NCBI GenBank assembly: GCA_963695825.1
Contig: CAVOHX010000009.1
Location: forward strand, 133,168-197,167
Length of the DNA stretch: 64,000 nucleotides
Source: an uncultured Chloroflexia bacterium
Lineage (GTDB): Bacteria; Chloroflexota; Anaerolineae; Promineifilales; UBA4811
Direction of reading: 5' to 3'
How positions within the stretch are numbered: the stretch's first letter is position 1; each line of letters opens with the position of its first letter. The position numbers and the translations under genes are program-made. The notes under the pieces were generated by a model that did no database searches, was not told the origin of the DNA, and worked only from the letters and a program-made list of their open reading frames with translations. Below, piece by piece: positions 1 through 9,041 of the stretch.

Positions 1-314
1 CTGCGTTTGCCGGTCTCAGCGGCGCCATTTTTGCCACCAAGTTGGGTTCTACTTTTCCCCACAGCTTTAAACTGGAGGTCTCGATCTGGGTGCTCTGTCT
101 CATCATCGTCGGTGGGATGGGCAGCATCCCCGGAGTGGCGGTGGGCGCCCTGGCGATGATGGGGCTGCCCGAGTTGTTGCGCACCTTTGCCGAGTACCGG
201 TTGCTGTTCTATGGCGCCATCCTGGTGGTAATGATGCTGGTGCGGCCCGAGGGCCTGTGGCCTGAAGAATCGCGCCGCCGCGAGTTGCACACGCAAGACG
301 AGTTGGTTACCTGA
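1..314 (+). CDS. livM: Branched-chain amino acid ABC permease, C-terminal fragment (LivM-type). The 5' end lies outside the window.
   Basis: The frame is open from the window edge. The hydrophobic tail GGMGSIPGVAVGALAMMGLPELLR...LVRPEGLWP is typical of LivM C-termini. It is followed by livG and livF. Confidence 0.7.
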   Translation, partial: AFAGLSGAIFATKLGSTFPHSFKLEVSIWVLCLIIVGGMGSIPGVAVGALAMMGLPELLRTFAEYRLLFYGAILVVMMLVRPEGLWPEESRRRELHTQDELVT

Positions 315-324
315 GGGAGTAGTC

Positions 325-1179
325 ATGGCAATCCTATCTGCACGCCACGTCACCAAGCGGTTTGGCGGCGTCATTGCCGTCAACACCTTTGACATGGATA
401 TCCAAGAATACTCGATCTCGAGCCTGATCGGACCGAACGGCGCTGGCAAGACGACGTTTTTCAACTGTATCACCGGATTCTACCAGCCCGAGGAAGGCAA
501 GATCACCTTTGATACTGCCATCCGGCGCCGGACCAAGAGTAAAGACACAGGGGCGCCCACTAACGGCCAAAGCGACGGCCGGCTGCTGGTTGGGCTTTCA
601 CCCGATCGCGTCTGCCGTCTGGGCATCAGCCGAACCTATCAGAATGTGCGGCTCTTTCAGAACATGACGGCGATGGAGAACATCCTGGTCGGCCAACATC
701 CACGCATGCGAGCCAACCTGTTTGCCGCGATTTTGCACCTGCGATCGGCCATGGAAGAGGAAGAGCGGGTTCACGCGCGGGCGCGAGAGCTGATCAACTT
801 TGTTGGGTTAAAGGGCATGGGAGATGCTCTGGCCAAGAACCTGCCCTACGGCTATCAACGCCGATTAGAGATCGCACGAGCGTTAGCGAGCGACCCTACC
901 TTGTTGTTGCTGGACGAGCCGACGGCCGGCATGAACCCCGGCGAGACGGAGGAGCTGATCGCCTTTATCCGGCGCTTGCGCGACGACCTGGGGTTGACCG
1001 TCTTTCTGATCGAGCATGACATGAAGGTGGTGATGAGCATCTCCGACCGGGTCACAGTCATGGATTTCGGGCAAAAGATCTCCGAGGGAACCCCGGCCGA
1101 GGTACAGCAGGACCCCAAGGTGATCGAGGCCTACCTGGGCAGGCAACACAAGATGATTCGCCGGCGAGGGGAGGACTAG
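325..1179 (+). CDS. livG: Branched-chain amino acid ABC transporter ATP-binding protein (LivG-type), with an extra roughly 25-residue insert after the Walker A region.
   Basis: Walker A GPNGAGKTT, the motif YGYQRRLEIARALASDP, Walker B LLLLDEPTAGMNP, and the LivG-specific C-terminal KVIEAYLG. Confidence 0.9.
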   Translation: MAILSARHVTKRFGGVIAVNTFDMDIQEYSISSLIGPNGAGKTTFFNCITGFYQPEEGKITFDTAIRRRTKSKDTGAPTNGQSDGRLLVGLSPDRVCRLGISRTYQNVRLFQNMTAMENILVGQHPRMRANLFAAILHLRSAMEEEERVHARARELINFVGLKGMGDALAKNLPYGYQRRLEIARALASDPTLLLLDEPTAGMNPGETEELIAFIRRLRDDLGLTVFLIEHDMKVVMSISDRVTVMDFGQKISEGTPAEVQQDPKVIEAYLGRQHKMIRRRGED

Positions 1180-1180
1180 G

Positions 1181-1896
1181 ATGGCGCTGCTGGAGTTAAA
1201 GGACGTCCATACCTATTACGGCAAGATCCATGCGCTCAAAGGCGTGTCCTTGCACGTGGAAGAAGGCGAGATCGTGACCCTCATTGGCGCCAACGGCGCC
1301 GGCAAGAGCACCACGCTGAACACCATCTGTGGCATCACCCCGCCGCGCGTGGGCGAGGTCTGGCTCGATGGGCAAGCGCATCGATGGGCGTCAAAGCCAA
1401 CCTGATCACCGAGCAGGGCGTAACGCAGGCCCCCGAGGGGCGCCGTGTGTTCGACCGCATGTCGGTTCGCGACAACCTCGAGATGGGGGCGTTTGCCCGC
1501 AAGGATCGGGATGCTATCGGCCGCGACCTGGAGTGGGTCTATGAGCTCTTTCCGCGCCTCAAGGAGCGGGAGCGGCAAAAAGGTGGCACACTCAGTGGCG
1601 GAGAGCAGCAGATGTTGGCCATTGCCCGCGCGTTGATGGGCCGGCCGCGAATCCTGTTGTTGGACGAGCCCTCGATGGGGTTGGCGCCCCTGTTGGTGGA
1701 GACCATCTTTGAGACGGTGGAAAAGCTGAACCAGGAGGGGGTTACCATCTTGTTGGTGGAGCAGAACGCGCTAATCGCGCTCTCTGTTGCCAGTCGTGGC
1801 TATGTGATGCAGACTGGCGAGATTGTGTTGGCCGATACGGCCGAAGCCTTGCGCGAGGATGAAATGGTGCGCAAGGTCTATCTTGGCGAGGCATGA
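1181..1896 (+). CDS. livF: Branched-chain amino acid ABC transporter ATP-binding protein (LivF-type), interrupted by two +1 indels near 1370 and 1386.
   Basis: ORFs 1181-1405 and 1384-1896 join through a third frame (GKRIDG). This restores ...VWLDGKRIDGVKANLITEQGVTQAPEGRRVF, which is collinear with E. coli LivF. Motifs present: GANGAGKST, LSGGEQQMLAIARAL, LLLDEPSMGLAP. Confidence 0.85.
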
Positions 1897-1985
1897 GTGG
1901 AGCATCTCGGAAAGGAGGTGATATCGCGATCGAGATAATGCACGGTCCCCCACACAACGATTTCGGTTCATTTTAAGGAGGAGAG

Positions 1986-4505
1986 ATGTCAGCCTATAAA
2001 AAGTTTAGCCTGTTGTTAAGCGTCCTGATCGTCTTGTCGATGATCCTGGCGGCTTGCGGCGGCGAGGACCCGACCGCCACGCCCAAGCCGCCCGAGCCGA
2101 CGGAGGAGACGCACGAAGAGACGGCCGAAGAGACGACCGAGGAAGCCGGAGACCTGCTCGACCAGGTGATGGCGGCCGGCAAGCTGGTCGTCTCTACCGA
2201 TCCCAACTATGCTCCGCAGAGCTTTCTGAACGATGCCGGCGAGCTGGATGGGTTTGATGTAGAAGTCGCCGAAGAAGTCGCCAAGCGCCTGGGCGTGGAT
2301 ATCGAGTTCACGACCCCGGACTGGGACCTGCTAACCGGCGGCAACTGGGGCGGCCGATGGGATCTCAGCATCGGTTCCATGACCCCGACCGAGCCACGCG
2401 TCGAGGTGCTCTGGTTCACCGACGCCTATTATTTCACGCCTGCGTCCTTTGCGGTGCACAAGGACAACACCTCCATCGGCTCGGTGGGCGATCTGGCGGG
2501 CACTACCCTGGGGTTGGGCACCGCCACCACCTATGAAGCCTACCTGGATGGTTCACTGGCCATCATTGGCGGCGAGGTCCTGTACGATCCGCCTTCGGGC
2601 ATTGAGGTCAAGCCCTACTCGACCGACGCCGAGGCGATTCAGGATCTGGCCCTGGGCGACGGCGTCCGACTGGACGCGGTGATGTCGGCACAGCCGACGA
2701 TTCAGAACGCCATTGACCAAGGTATCCCGCTCAAGTATGTGGGCACGCCAGCCTTTTACGAGCCGCTGGCCTTTGCGTTGGACAAGAGCCGCGGCCCGTC
2801 GGACCACATGGTGGCCAAACTGAACGAGATCATCGCGGCGATGCACGGTGACGGCACCTTGTCGGAACTCTCGATCAAGTGGTACGGCATCGACATCACC
2901 AAACTCGTCGCTCCGGGAGAAGAAGCAGCCGTGGAAGTCTGCACCATGGTCGATGGCCTGATGGTTTGCGAGGCGCCCAATTGCGACTATGGCGGCCAGA
3001 TGCTCAAGATGGAAGCGGTGGACGAGATGACTGTCCAGTTCACCCTGTGTGCACCGGATGTGGCTTTCCCGTCCAAGGTCGCCTTTTCGGCGTTTGCCAT
3101 CCACCCCTCGGAGTATCTCGAATTCACCGGCGGAGGGGGTCAACTGGTAGACAATCCTGTCGGGACTGGCCCCTACATGCTCCAGGAGTGGCGTCGCGGC
3201 GAGCAGATCATCATGGTCAGGAACCCTGACTACTGGGGCACGCCGGCTATCGCCGATACGCTGGTCTTCCGCTGGAGCACCGAGGGCGCGCAGCGACTGG
3301 TCGAGCTCCAGTCGGGCAGCGTTGACGGCATCGACAACCCGAGCCCTGATGATTTCCCCACCATCGAGGCGGATTCGAACCTGACGCTCTACCGACGTGA
3401 GGCGCTCAACATCTTTTACCTGGGGATGAACAACTTTTTCCCGCCGTTTGACAATGAAGTGGTGCGCCAGGCCGTTGCCATGGGCATCGATCGCCAGCGT
3501 ATCGTGGATAACTTTTATCCCGAGGGCTCGGAGGTTGCGTCCCACTTTGTGCCCTGCACAATCCCCGGCGGCTGCGAGGGTGAGGAGTGGTACGAGTTTG
3601 ACGTGGACGCTGCCAAGGCGCTGCTGGCTGAAGCGGGTTTCCCCGACGGCTTTGAGACCAAGATCAGCTATCGCGACGTTTTTCGCAGTTACCTGCCGGA
3701 GCCTGGCCTGGTGGCTCAGGATCTTCAGGCGCAGTTAAAGGCCAATCTCAACATCGATGCCGAGATCGTCGTCATGGAGTCGGGCGAGTTCATCGACGCC
3801 GCCGACGCGGGCGAGTTGGAGGGCTTTCACCTGCTGGGCTGGGGCGCCGACTATCCTGACTGCACCAACTTTCTCGACTATCACTTTGGCGCGGGTGCGT
3901 CGGACCAGTTTGGTGACGGCTTTGAGGACATCTGGGATGCGTTGCGACGCGCTGGTTCGCTGTCCATCCAGGCGGAGCGTAACCCGATCTACGGCGAGGC
4001 CAACGACCTGATCCGGCAACACGTGCCCATGATCCCGGTGGCACACGGAGGCTCGGCGACGGCTTTCCGCGCCGACGTTGCTGGCGCGCATTCCAGCCCG
4101 CTGGGCAACGAGAGCTTCAAGGTGACAGACCCCGGTGGGCGTGACACCATGATCTGGATGCAGAACGCCGAGCCGATCGGCCTCTACTGCGCCGACGAGT
4201 CCGATGGCGAATCGCTGCGGGCTTGCGAGCAGATCAACGAATCGCTGCTGGCCTACATGGTGGCAGGCACCGCCGTCGAGCCATCGCTGGCCGAACGCTA
4301 CGAGGCAAATGAAGAGTTGACAGTGTGGACGTTCTACCTGCGGCCGGGCGTCAAGTTCCACGACGGCACCGATCTGGACGCGAACGACGTGATCCTGTCG
4401 TTGGTGCTTCAGTGGGATGCCGAGCACCCGCTGCATGTGGGTCGTGATGGTTCGTTCACCTACTGGCCAGGTCTCTTTGGCCCGTTCCTGAACGCGCCCG
4501 AGTAG
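1986..4505 (+). CDS. Lipoprotein with an SBP family 3 (polar amino acid-binding) domain fused to a circularly permuted SBP family 5 (Dpp/Opp-type) domain.
   Basis: Lipobox LAAC follows a hydrophobic signal peptide. The SBP3-like block runs from LVVSTDPNYAPQSF to DGFDVEVAEEVAKRLG. The SBP5 core starts at MEAVDEMTVQFTL and includes PVGTGPYMLQEWRRGEQIIMVRNPDYWG. The canonical SBP5 N-terminal block (TVWTFYLRPGVKFHDGTDLDANDV...SFTYWPGLFG) sits at the extreme C-terminus. Confidence 0.85.
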   Translation: MSAYKKFSLLLSVLIVLSMILAACGGEDPTATPKPPEPTEETHEETAEETTEEAGDLLDQVMAAGKLVVSTDPNYAPQSFLNDAGELDGFDVEVAEEVAKRLGVDIEFTTPDWDLLTGGNWGGRWDLSIGSMTPTEPRVEVLWFTDAYYFTPASFAVHKDNTSIGSVGDLAGTTLGLGTATTYEAYLDGSLAIIGGEVLYDPPSGIEVKPYSTDAEAIQDLALGDGVRLDAVMSAQPTIQNAIDQGIPLKYVGTPAFYEPLAFALDKSRGPSDHMVAKLNEIIAAMHGDGTLSELSIKWYGIDITKLVAPGEEAAVEVCTMVDGLMVCEAPNCDYGGQMLKMEAVDEMTVQFTLCAPDVAFPSKVAFSAFAIHPSEYLEFTGGGGQLVDNPVGTGPYMLQEWRRGEQIIMVRNPDYWGTPAIADTLVFRWSTEGAQRLVELQSGSVDGIDNPSPDDFPTIEADSNLTLYRREALNIFYLGMNNFFPPFDNEVVRQAVAMGIDRQRIVDNFYPEGSEVASHFVPCTIPGGCEGEEWYEFDVDAAKALLAEAGFPDGFETKISYRDVFRSYLPEPGLVAQDLQAQLKANLNIDAEIVVMESGEFIDAADAGELEGFHLLGWGADYPDCTNFLDYHFGAGASDQFGDGFEDIWDALRRAGSLSIQAERNPIYGEANDLIRQHVPMIPVAHGGSATAFRADVAGAHSSPLGNESFKVTDPGGRDTMIWMQNAEPIGLYCADESDGESLRACEQINESLLAYMVAGTAVEPSLAERYEANEELTVWTFYLRPGVKFHDGTDLDANDVILSLVLQWDAEHPLHVGRDGSFTYWPGLFGPFLNAPE

Positions 4506-4530
4506 TTCTGTCCCCGGACAGATTGATGCA

Positions 4531-4586
4531 CCGAGACAGAGGATACGGCGAAGGTCCGGATTCGGACATCCCGGCCTCTGTCTCGG
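4531..4586 (+). promoter_or_regulatory. Intercistronic stem-loop between the binding-protein gene and the permease genes, with a perfect 12-bp stem.
   Basis: ccgagacagagg (4531-4542) pairs perfectly with cctctgtctcgg (4575-4586). An inner stem gtccg/cggac is also present. There is no strong U-tract downstream. Confidence 0.5.
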
Positions 4587-4604
4587 TTGCAGAGTGTTTG
4601 CCCA

Positions 4605-4668
4605 GGGGGATGGGGGTGAACGGCGGCAGGTCGCTAACCGACCCGAGTACCAGACACCCACATCCCCC
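4605..4668 (+). promoter_or_regulatory. Second long intercistronic stem-loop (14-bp stem with one mismatch).
   Basis: gggggatgggggtg (4605-4618) pairs with cacccacatccccc (4655-4668). Function unknown. Confidence 0.4.
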
Positions 4669-4703
4669 TCGCCTTTCCCAGACAGTGTAGACAGGCCGAC
4701 CTC

Positions 4704-5777
4704 ATGACGGGTTACGTGTTTCGCAGGCTACTCTTGGCCATCCCCGTGCTGTTGGGCATTGTCTTTGTCGTGTTTGCGCTGGTGCGCATGATCCCGGGCG
4801 ACCCCTGCCGGGCCGCGCTGGGCGAGCGCGCCACCGACGAGATTTGCGATGCCTATATCGCGCGGCGCGGGCTTGACCAGCCGATTCCGGTCCAATTCTT
4901 CCGCTACCTGGGCGAATTGGTTCGGTTTGACTTGGGCGATTCGTTCCGGCAGGGTCGGCCGGTCACCGAAATGCTGACCGAAAAACTCCCGGTCACGATT
5001 GAATTGAGCATGTCGGCCTTGCTCTTTGCCGTGGCCGTGGGTATGCCGCTGGGCATCGTCTCGGCTTACCGGCACAACTCGACGCTTGATGTGGTGACAA
5101 TGGTCATCGCCAACGTCGGCGTGTCGATGCCGGTCTTTTGGCTTGGGTTGATGCTCCAGTACGTTTTTGCCGTCCTGCTGCGTGACACGGCGTGGCAACT
5201 GCCTCCCTCCGGCCGGCTGGCGGCCGGGCTCACGATTGCACCGCTGTACGATACCTGGGGCTGGGAGGTGAGCGGGGTTGCCAAGAGTCTCACCGAGTTT
5301 ATTTCAAATATGCACATCGTGAACGCGTTGGTGACCGGCAATTGGAAGGTCCTCGGGGATGCGCTCAAGCATATGGTTCTGCCGGCAATTGCCTTGGGCA
5401 CGATTCCCATGTCGATCATCGCCCGCATGACCCGTTCCAGCCTGTTGGAGGTCATGGGGCTGGAGTACATCCGGACAGCCCGCGCCAAAGGGCTGCGCGA
5501 ACAGGCGGTGATTCTGCGCCATGGCCTGCGCAACGCCATGTTGCCGGTCGTCACAGTAATCGGCCTCCAGTTTGGGTTGCTCCTGGCTGGAGCGGTGCTC
5601 ACCGAGACCATCTTTGGCCTCTCGGGGATTGGTCGCACGCTGTATGATGCCATTACCGGCCGCGACTATCGCGTGGTTGAAGGCTTTACCCTGGTGATTG
5701 CGGTCATCTTTATCGGCGTCAACATGGTGGTGGACGTCTCGTACGCCTACCTGGACCCGCGGGTGCGTCTGGACTAG
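4704..5777 (+). CDS. Peptide/nickel-type ABC transporter permease (DppB/OppB family).
   Basis: N-terminal MTGYVFRRLLLAIPVLLGIVFVVF. The family-typical motif YIRTARAKGLRE and the tail VVDVSYAYLDPRVR are present. Confidence 0.9.
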   Translation: MTGYVFRRLLLAIPVLLGIVFVVFALVRMIPGDPCRAALGERATDEICDAYIARRGLDQPIPVQFFRYLGELVRFDLGDSFRQGRPVTEMLTEKLPVTIELSMSALLFAVAVGMPLGIVSAYRHNSTLDVVTMVIANVGVSMPVFWLGLMLQYVFAVLLRDTAWQLPPSGRLAAGLTIAPLYDTWGWEVSGVAKSLTEFISNMHIVNALVTGNWKVLGDALKHMVLPAIALGTIPMSIIARMTRSSLLEVMGLEYIRTARAKGLREQAVILRHGLRNAMLPVVTVIGLQFGLLLAGAVLTETIFGLSGIGRTLYDAITGRDYRVVEGFTLVIAVIFIGVNMVVDVSYAYLDPRVRLD

Positions 5778-5802
5778 CCAGAGGCGGCTACGGATAGAAG
5801 AG

Positions 5803-6801
5803 ATGCCGACTCCCGAGAACCAAGATACCCGATCTGGCGATCGACCAGTGGACCTTTTGGACCATGACCTGGCGACCATGGACGAGGTGCTGCGACATGC
5901 GCCCAGCAGCCTCTGGCGGGATGCGCTGCGGCACGTTTTTCGCAAGCGATCCGCCATTGTGGGGATGACTATCCTGGGTGTGCTGGTATTGATCGCCATC
6001 TTTCATCCGCTGCTGGCTACCCACGATCCCAGCATCCCCATGTTGGATATCCCGGAGGAGGTGGCGGCCGGGGTTCGCAAACGAACTCCGCCGTGTATCC
6101 ATCTGCTGGGCTGCCCCGAAGAGCAGCCGCAGCACATCCTGGGCCTGGATGGGAATGTGCGGGACTTTTTCAGTCGCATGATGTACGGCTCCAAGTGGTC
6201 GCTGATCATTGGCTTTACCACGGTTACCTTTGCCATCATCGTGGGTACCATCCTGGGTGCGGTGGCGGGCTATGCCGGCGGATGGGTGGACAATGTCATC
6301 ATGCGGCTGATGGATGTCCTGCTTGCGTTTCCGTCGTTGATTCTCGCCATCGCCATTGTGACTGTGCTGGGGCCCGGCCTGGTTAACGCTCTGCTGGCGA
6401 TCGGCATTGTGTCGATACCGGTCTACGCCCGGATCATGCGGGCCAGCGTGCTGTCGGTCAAGGAGACGGATTACGTCGAGGCGGACCGCGCCCTTGGGGT
6501 TGGCTCGACGCGTTTGCTGTTTCATCGAATCCTGCCCAATGCTCTGACGCCGCTGATTGTCCAGGGGACCCTGGGGATCGCAACCGCTATCCTGGACGCG
6601 GCCGCCCTATCGTTTCTGGGTCTGGGAGCGCAACCGCCGATGCCCGAGTGGGGGTCCATGCTAGGCGCTGAACGCAACCAGGTTTTCAGCGCCCCACACC
6701 TGGTTTTCTTTCCCGGCATCGCCATCATGCTGACGGTCTTGAGCTTTAACCTGCTGGGCGACGGGTTGCGCGATGCGCTGGACCCGCGTCTGAATCGGTG
6801 A
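5803..6801 (+). CDS. Peptide/nickel-type ABC transporter permease (DppC/OppC family).
   Basis: ATG at 5803 lies downstream of the dppB-like stop. Motifs DYVEADRALGVGSTRLLFHRILPN and LGDGLRDALDPR are present. Confidence 0.9.
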   Translation: MPTPENQDTRSGDRPVDLLDHDLATMDEVLRHAPSSLWRDALRHVFRKRSAIVGMTILGVLVLIAIFHPLLATHDPSIPMLDIPEEVAAGVRKRTPPCIHLLGCPEEQPQHILGLDGNVRDFFSRMMYGSKWSLIIGFTTVTFAIIVGTILGAVAGYAGGWVDNVIMRLMDVLLAFPSLILAIAIVTVLGPGLVNALLAIGIVSIPVYARIMRASVLSVKETDYVEADRALGVGSTRLLFHRILPNALTPLIVQGTLGIATAILDAAALSFLGLGAQPPMPEWGSMLGAERNQVFSAPHLVFFPGIAIMLTVLSFNLLGDGLRDALDPRLNR

Positions 6802-6812
6802 AAGGACCAGCG

Positions 6813-7846
6813 ATGGCGATGGCAGATGGCGTCCAGAACCAGGCTGCAGTAGCCGATCAGCGGCCGGCGGCCGACGACATCCTGCTCGATGTGCGTGATT
6901 TGAGGACTCACTTTCACACGCTGGATGGTGTGGTCAAGGCAGTGGATGGGGTGGATTTGGCCGTGCGACGGGGGGAGGTTGTTGGGCTGGTCGGTGAATC
7001 GGGCTGCGGCAAAAGCGTGACGTCGTTCTCAGTGCTACGCCTGATCGCTCATCCCGGCCGGATTGAATCGGGTGAGGTCTGGTTTGATGGGACTAACCTG
7101 CTTGAACTTCCCATCAAAGAGATGACCCGCATCCGCGGCCGCCGTATCTCGATGATCTTTCAGCAGCCGACCGCCTGTTTGAACCCGGTCTACAACACGG
7201 AGTACCAACTGGCTGAGGTCTATCGCATTCACCAGAACCTGAGCCGCAAAGTCGGCCGCCAGCGTGCGCTGGAACTACTGCAAAAGGTCGGCATTCCAGA
7301 TCCCAAGCGTCGCTTGAAGGCGTTTCCGCACGAGCTCTCGGGCGGAATGGCGCAGCGGGTGATGATTGCCATGGCGCTCGCCTGCAACCCGACTTGCTCA
7401 TCGCCGATGAGCCGACCACGGCTCTGGATGTGACGATTCAGGCCCAGATTCTGGACCTGATGCGTGAACTTCAGGCCGAGCTGGGCGCGGCGATTGTCCT
7501 GATCACCCACGACCTGGGTGTTGTGGCCGAGATGGCTTCGCGCATTGCCGTCATGTACGCTGGCCAGATCGTAGAAGAGACCGACATCCGCAGCCTTTAT
7601 CGGTCACCCCAGCACCCATATACGATCGGTCTCATCGGATCGATCCCGGTGCTGGGCCAGATCAAGACCGAGCTTGACGTGATCCCGGGGACGGTGCCGA
7701 ACCTGATCGAGCTGCCCCCGGGCTGTCGGTTTGCCCCTCGATGCCGGGCGCGGGTAGAGAGGCAACTCGATATCTGCCTGCACGAGATCCCGCCATTGGA
7801 TCAGACTGCACCCGGTCACCTGGTCCGTTGCTGGCTTTATTCTTAA
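6813..7846 (+). CDS. Peptide ABC transporter ATP-binding protein (DppD/OppD family), with one frame break near 7390.
   Basis: ORFs 6798-7433 and 7394-7846 join as ...[10 protein letters not shown]|[21 protein letters not shown]. Motifs: [17 protein letters not shown], and the oligopeptide C-terminal motif GCRFAPRC. Confidence 0.85.
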
Positions 7847-7851
7847 CCGCC

Positions 7852-8875
7852 ATGTCCGTCGAACTCGATTGGTTGGTCCAAGAGTCGGAAAGTACTGTGG
7901 AGAACCTGATAGAAGTCCAGGATCTGGTAAAGCATTTCCCGGTCAAGGGAGGCTTGCTTCAACGTGTTCAGGGGTGGGTCAAGGCGGTCGATGGGGTCAG
8001 CTTTGCCATCCGCAGAGGTGAGACGCTGGGCTTGGTGGGCGAGTCGGGCTGTGGCAAGACAACGGTCGGGCGTACCTTGTTGAGACTGATCGAGCCCACC
8101 GCCGGAAAGGTCTTTTTCGAAGGGCGGAATCTCACCCAGTTGACCGCAGAGGAGATCAAACCGCTGCGGCGTGAGATGCAGTTGATCTTTCAGGATCCCT
8201 TTTCGTCGCTGGACCCTCGCTCACAGATTGCCGACGTCATCGGCGAGGGGCTCTATGTCCACGGTCGAGAAGGACGGCAATGAGCGGCGAAGGCAGGTAC
8301 TGGAGATTATGCGCCGGGTGGGGCTGGCAGAGGATCATTTGCGCCGCTATCCGCACGAGTTCTCGGGCGGACAGCGACAGCGCATTGGCATCGCGCGGGC
8401 ATTGATCCTGCGCCCCAAGTTCATCGTGTGTGACGAGCCGGTCTCGGCACTGGATGTGTCAATACAGGCTCAGGTCCTCAACCTATTGCGGAAGCTCCAG
8501 CGCGATTTTGACCTGACCTACCTGTTTATCGCCCACAACATGAGCGTGGTCGAGCACATCAGCGACCGGGTTGCTGTTATGTACCTGGGCAAAATCGTCG
8601 AGATTGCCGGGCAACGCAGTCTCTACAGCAACCCACTTCACCCCTACACCCAGGCCCTGCTGTCAGCGATTCCGGTGGCTGACCCCGACCGCAAGCGACA
8701 GCGGGAAATACTCACCGGCGATGTTCCCAGCCCGCTGAACCCGCCCTCTGGCTGCCGCTTCCACCCTCGCTGTCCCATCGCCAGCACGGATTGCTCGTCG
8801 ATTCAGCCGGAGCTGCGCTCACTGGCGCCTGATCATCAGGTGGCATGTCACTATGCGGAGCAGTTCCTGGTGTAG
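7852..8875 (+). CDS. Peptide ABC transporter ATP-binding protein (DppF/OppF family), with one frame break near 8265.
   Basis: ATG at 7852 lies 6 nt after the dppD-like stop. ORFs 7741-8283 and 8228-8875 join. Motifs: [33 protein letters not shown]. Confidence 0.85.
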
Positions 8876-9041
8876 GTCGGGACACGGCCGGTTGTAGCTG
8901 TTGTCTCTGGTCGGAGGATTGCAGACAGGAGGAGGTGGCCTTGGCTGAGGCGAGCGATGTACTCGACAGCCAGCCAACCCCCAAGCTGCCGGCCGACTGA
9001 TGGCACGCGCGCGTTCAGGCGCTCATGAGGAGGAAACCAAT

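Noticed and set aside
3365-3390. tRNA T-arm-like strings: ggattcgaacc at about 3371, and gttcgaatcc at about 20596.
   Set aside because: Both lie inside well-supported coding frames (the SBP5 domain and the arginase-family gene). Neither has flanking acceptor or anticodon stem complementarity.
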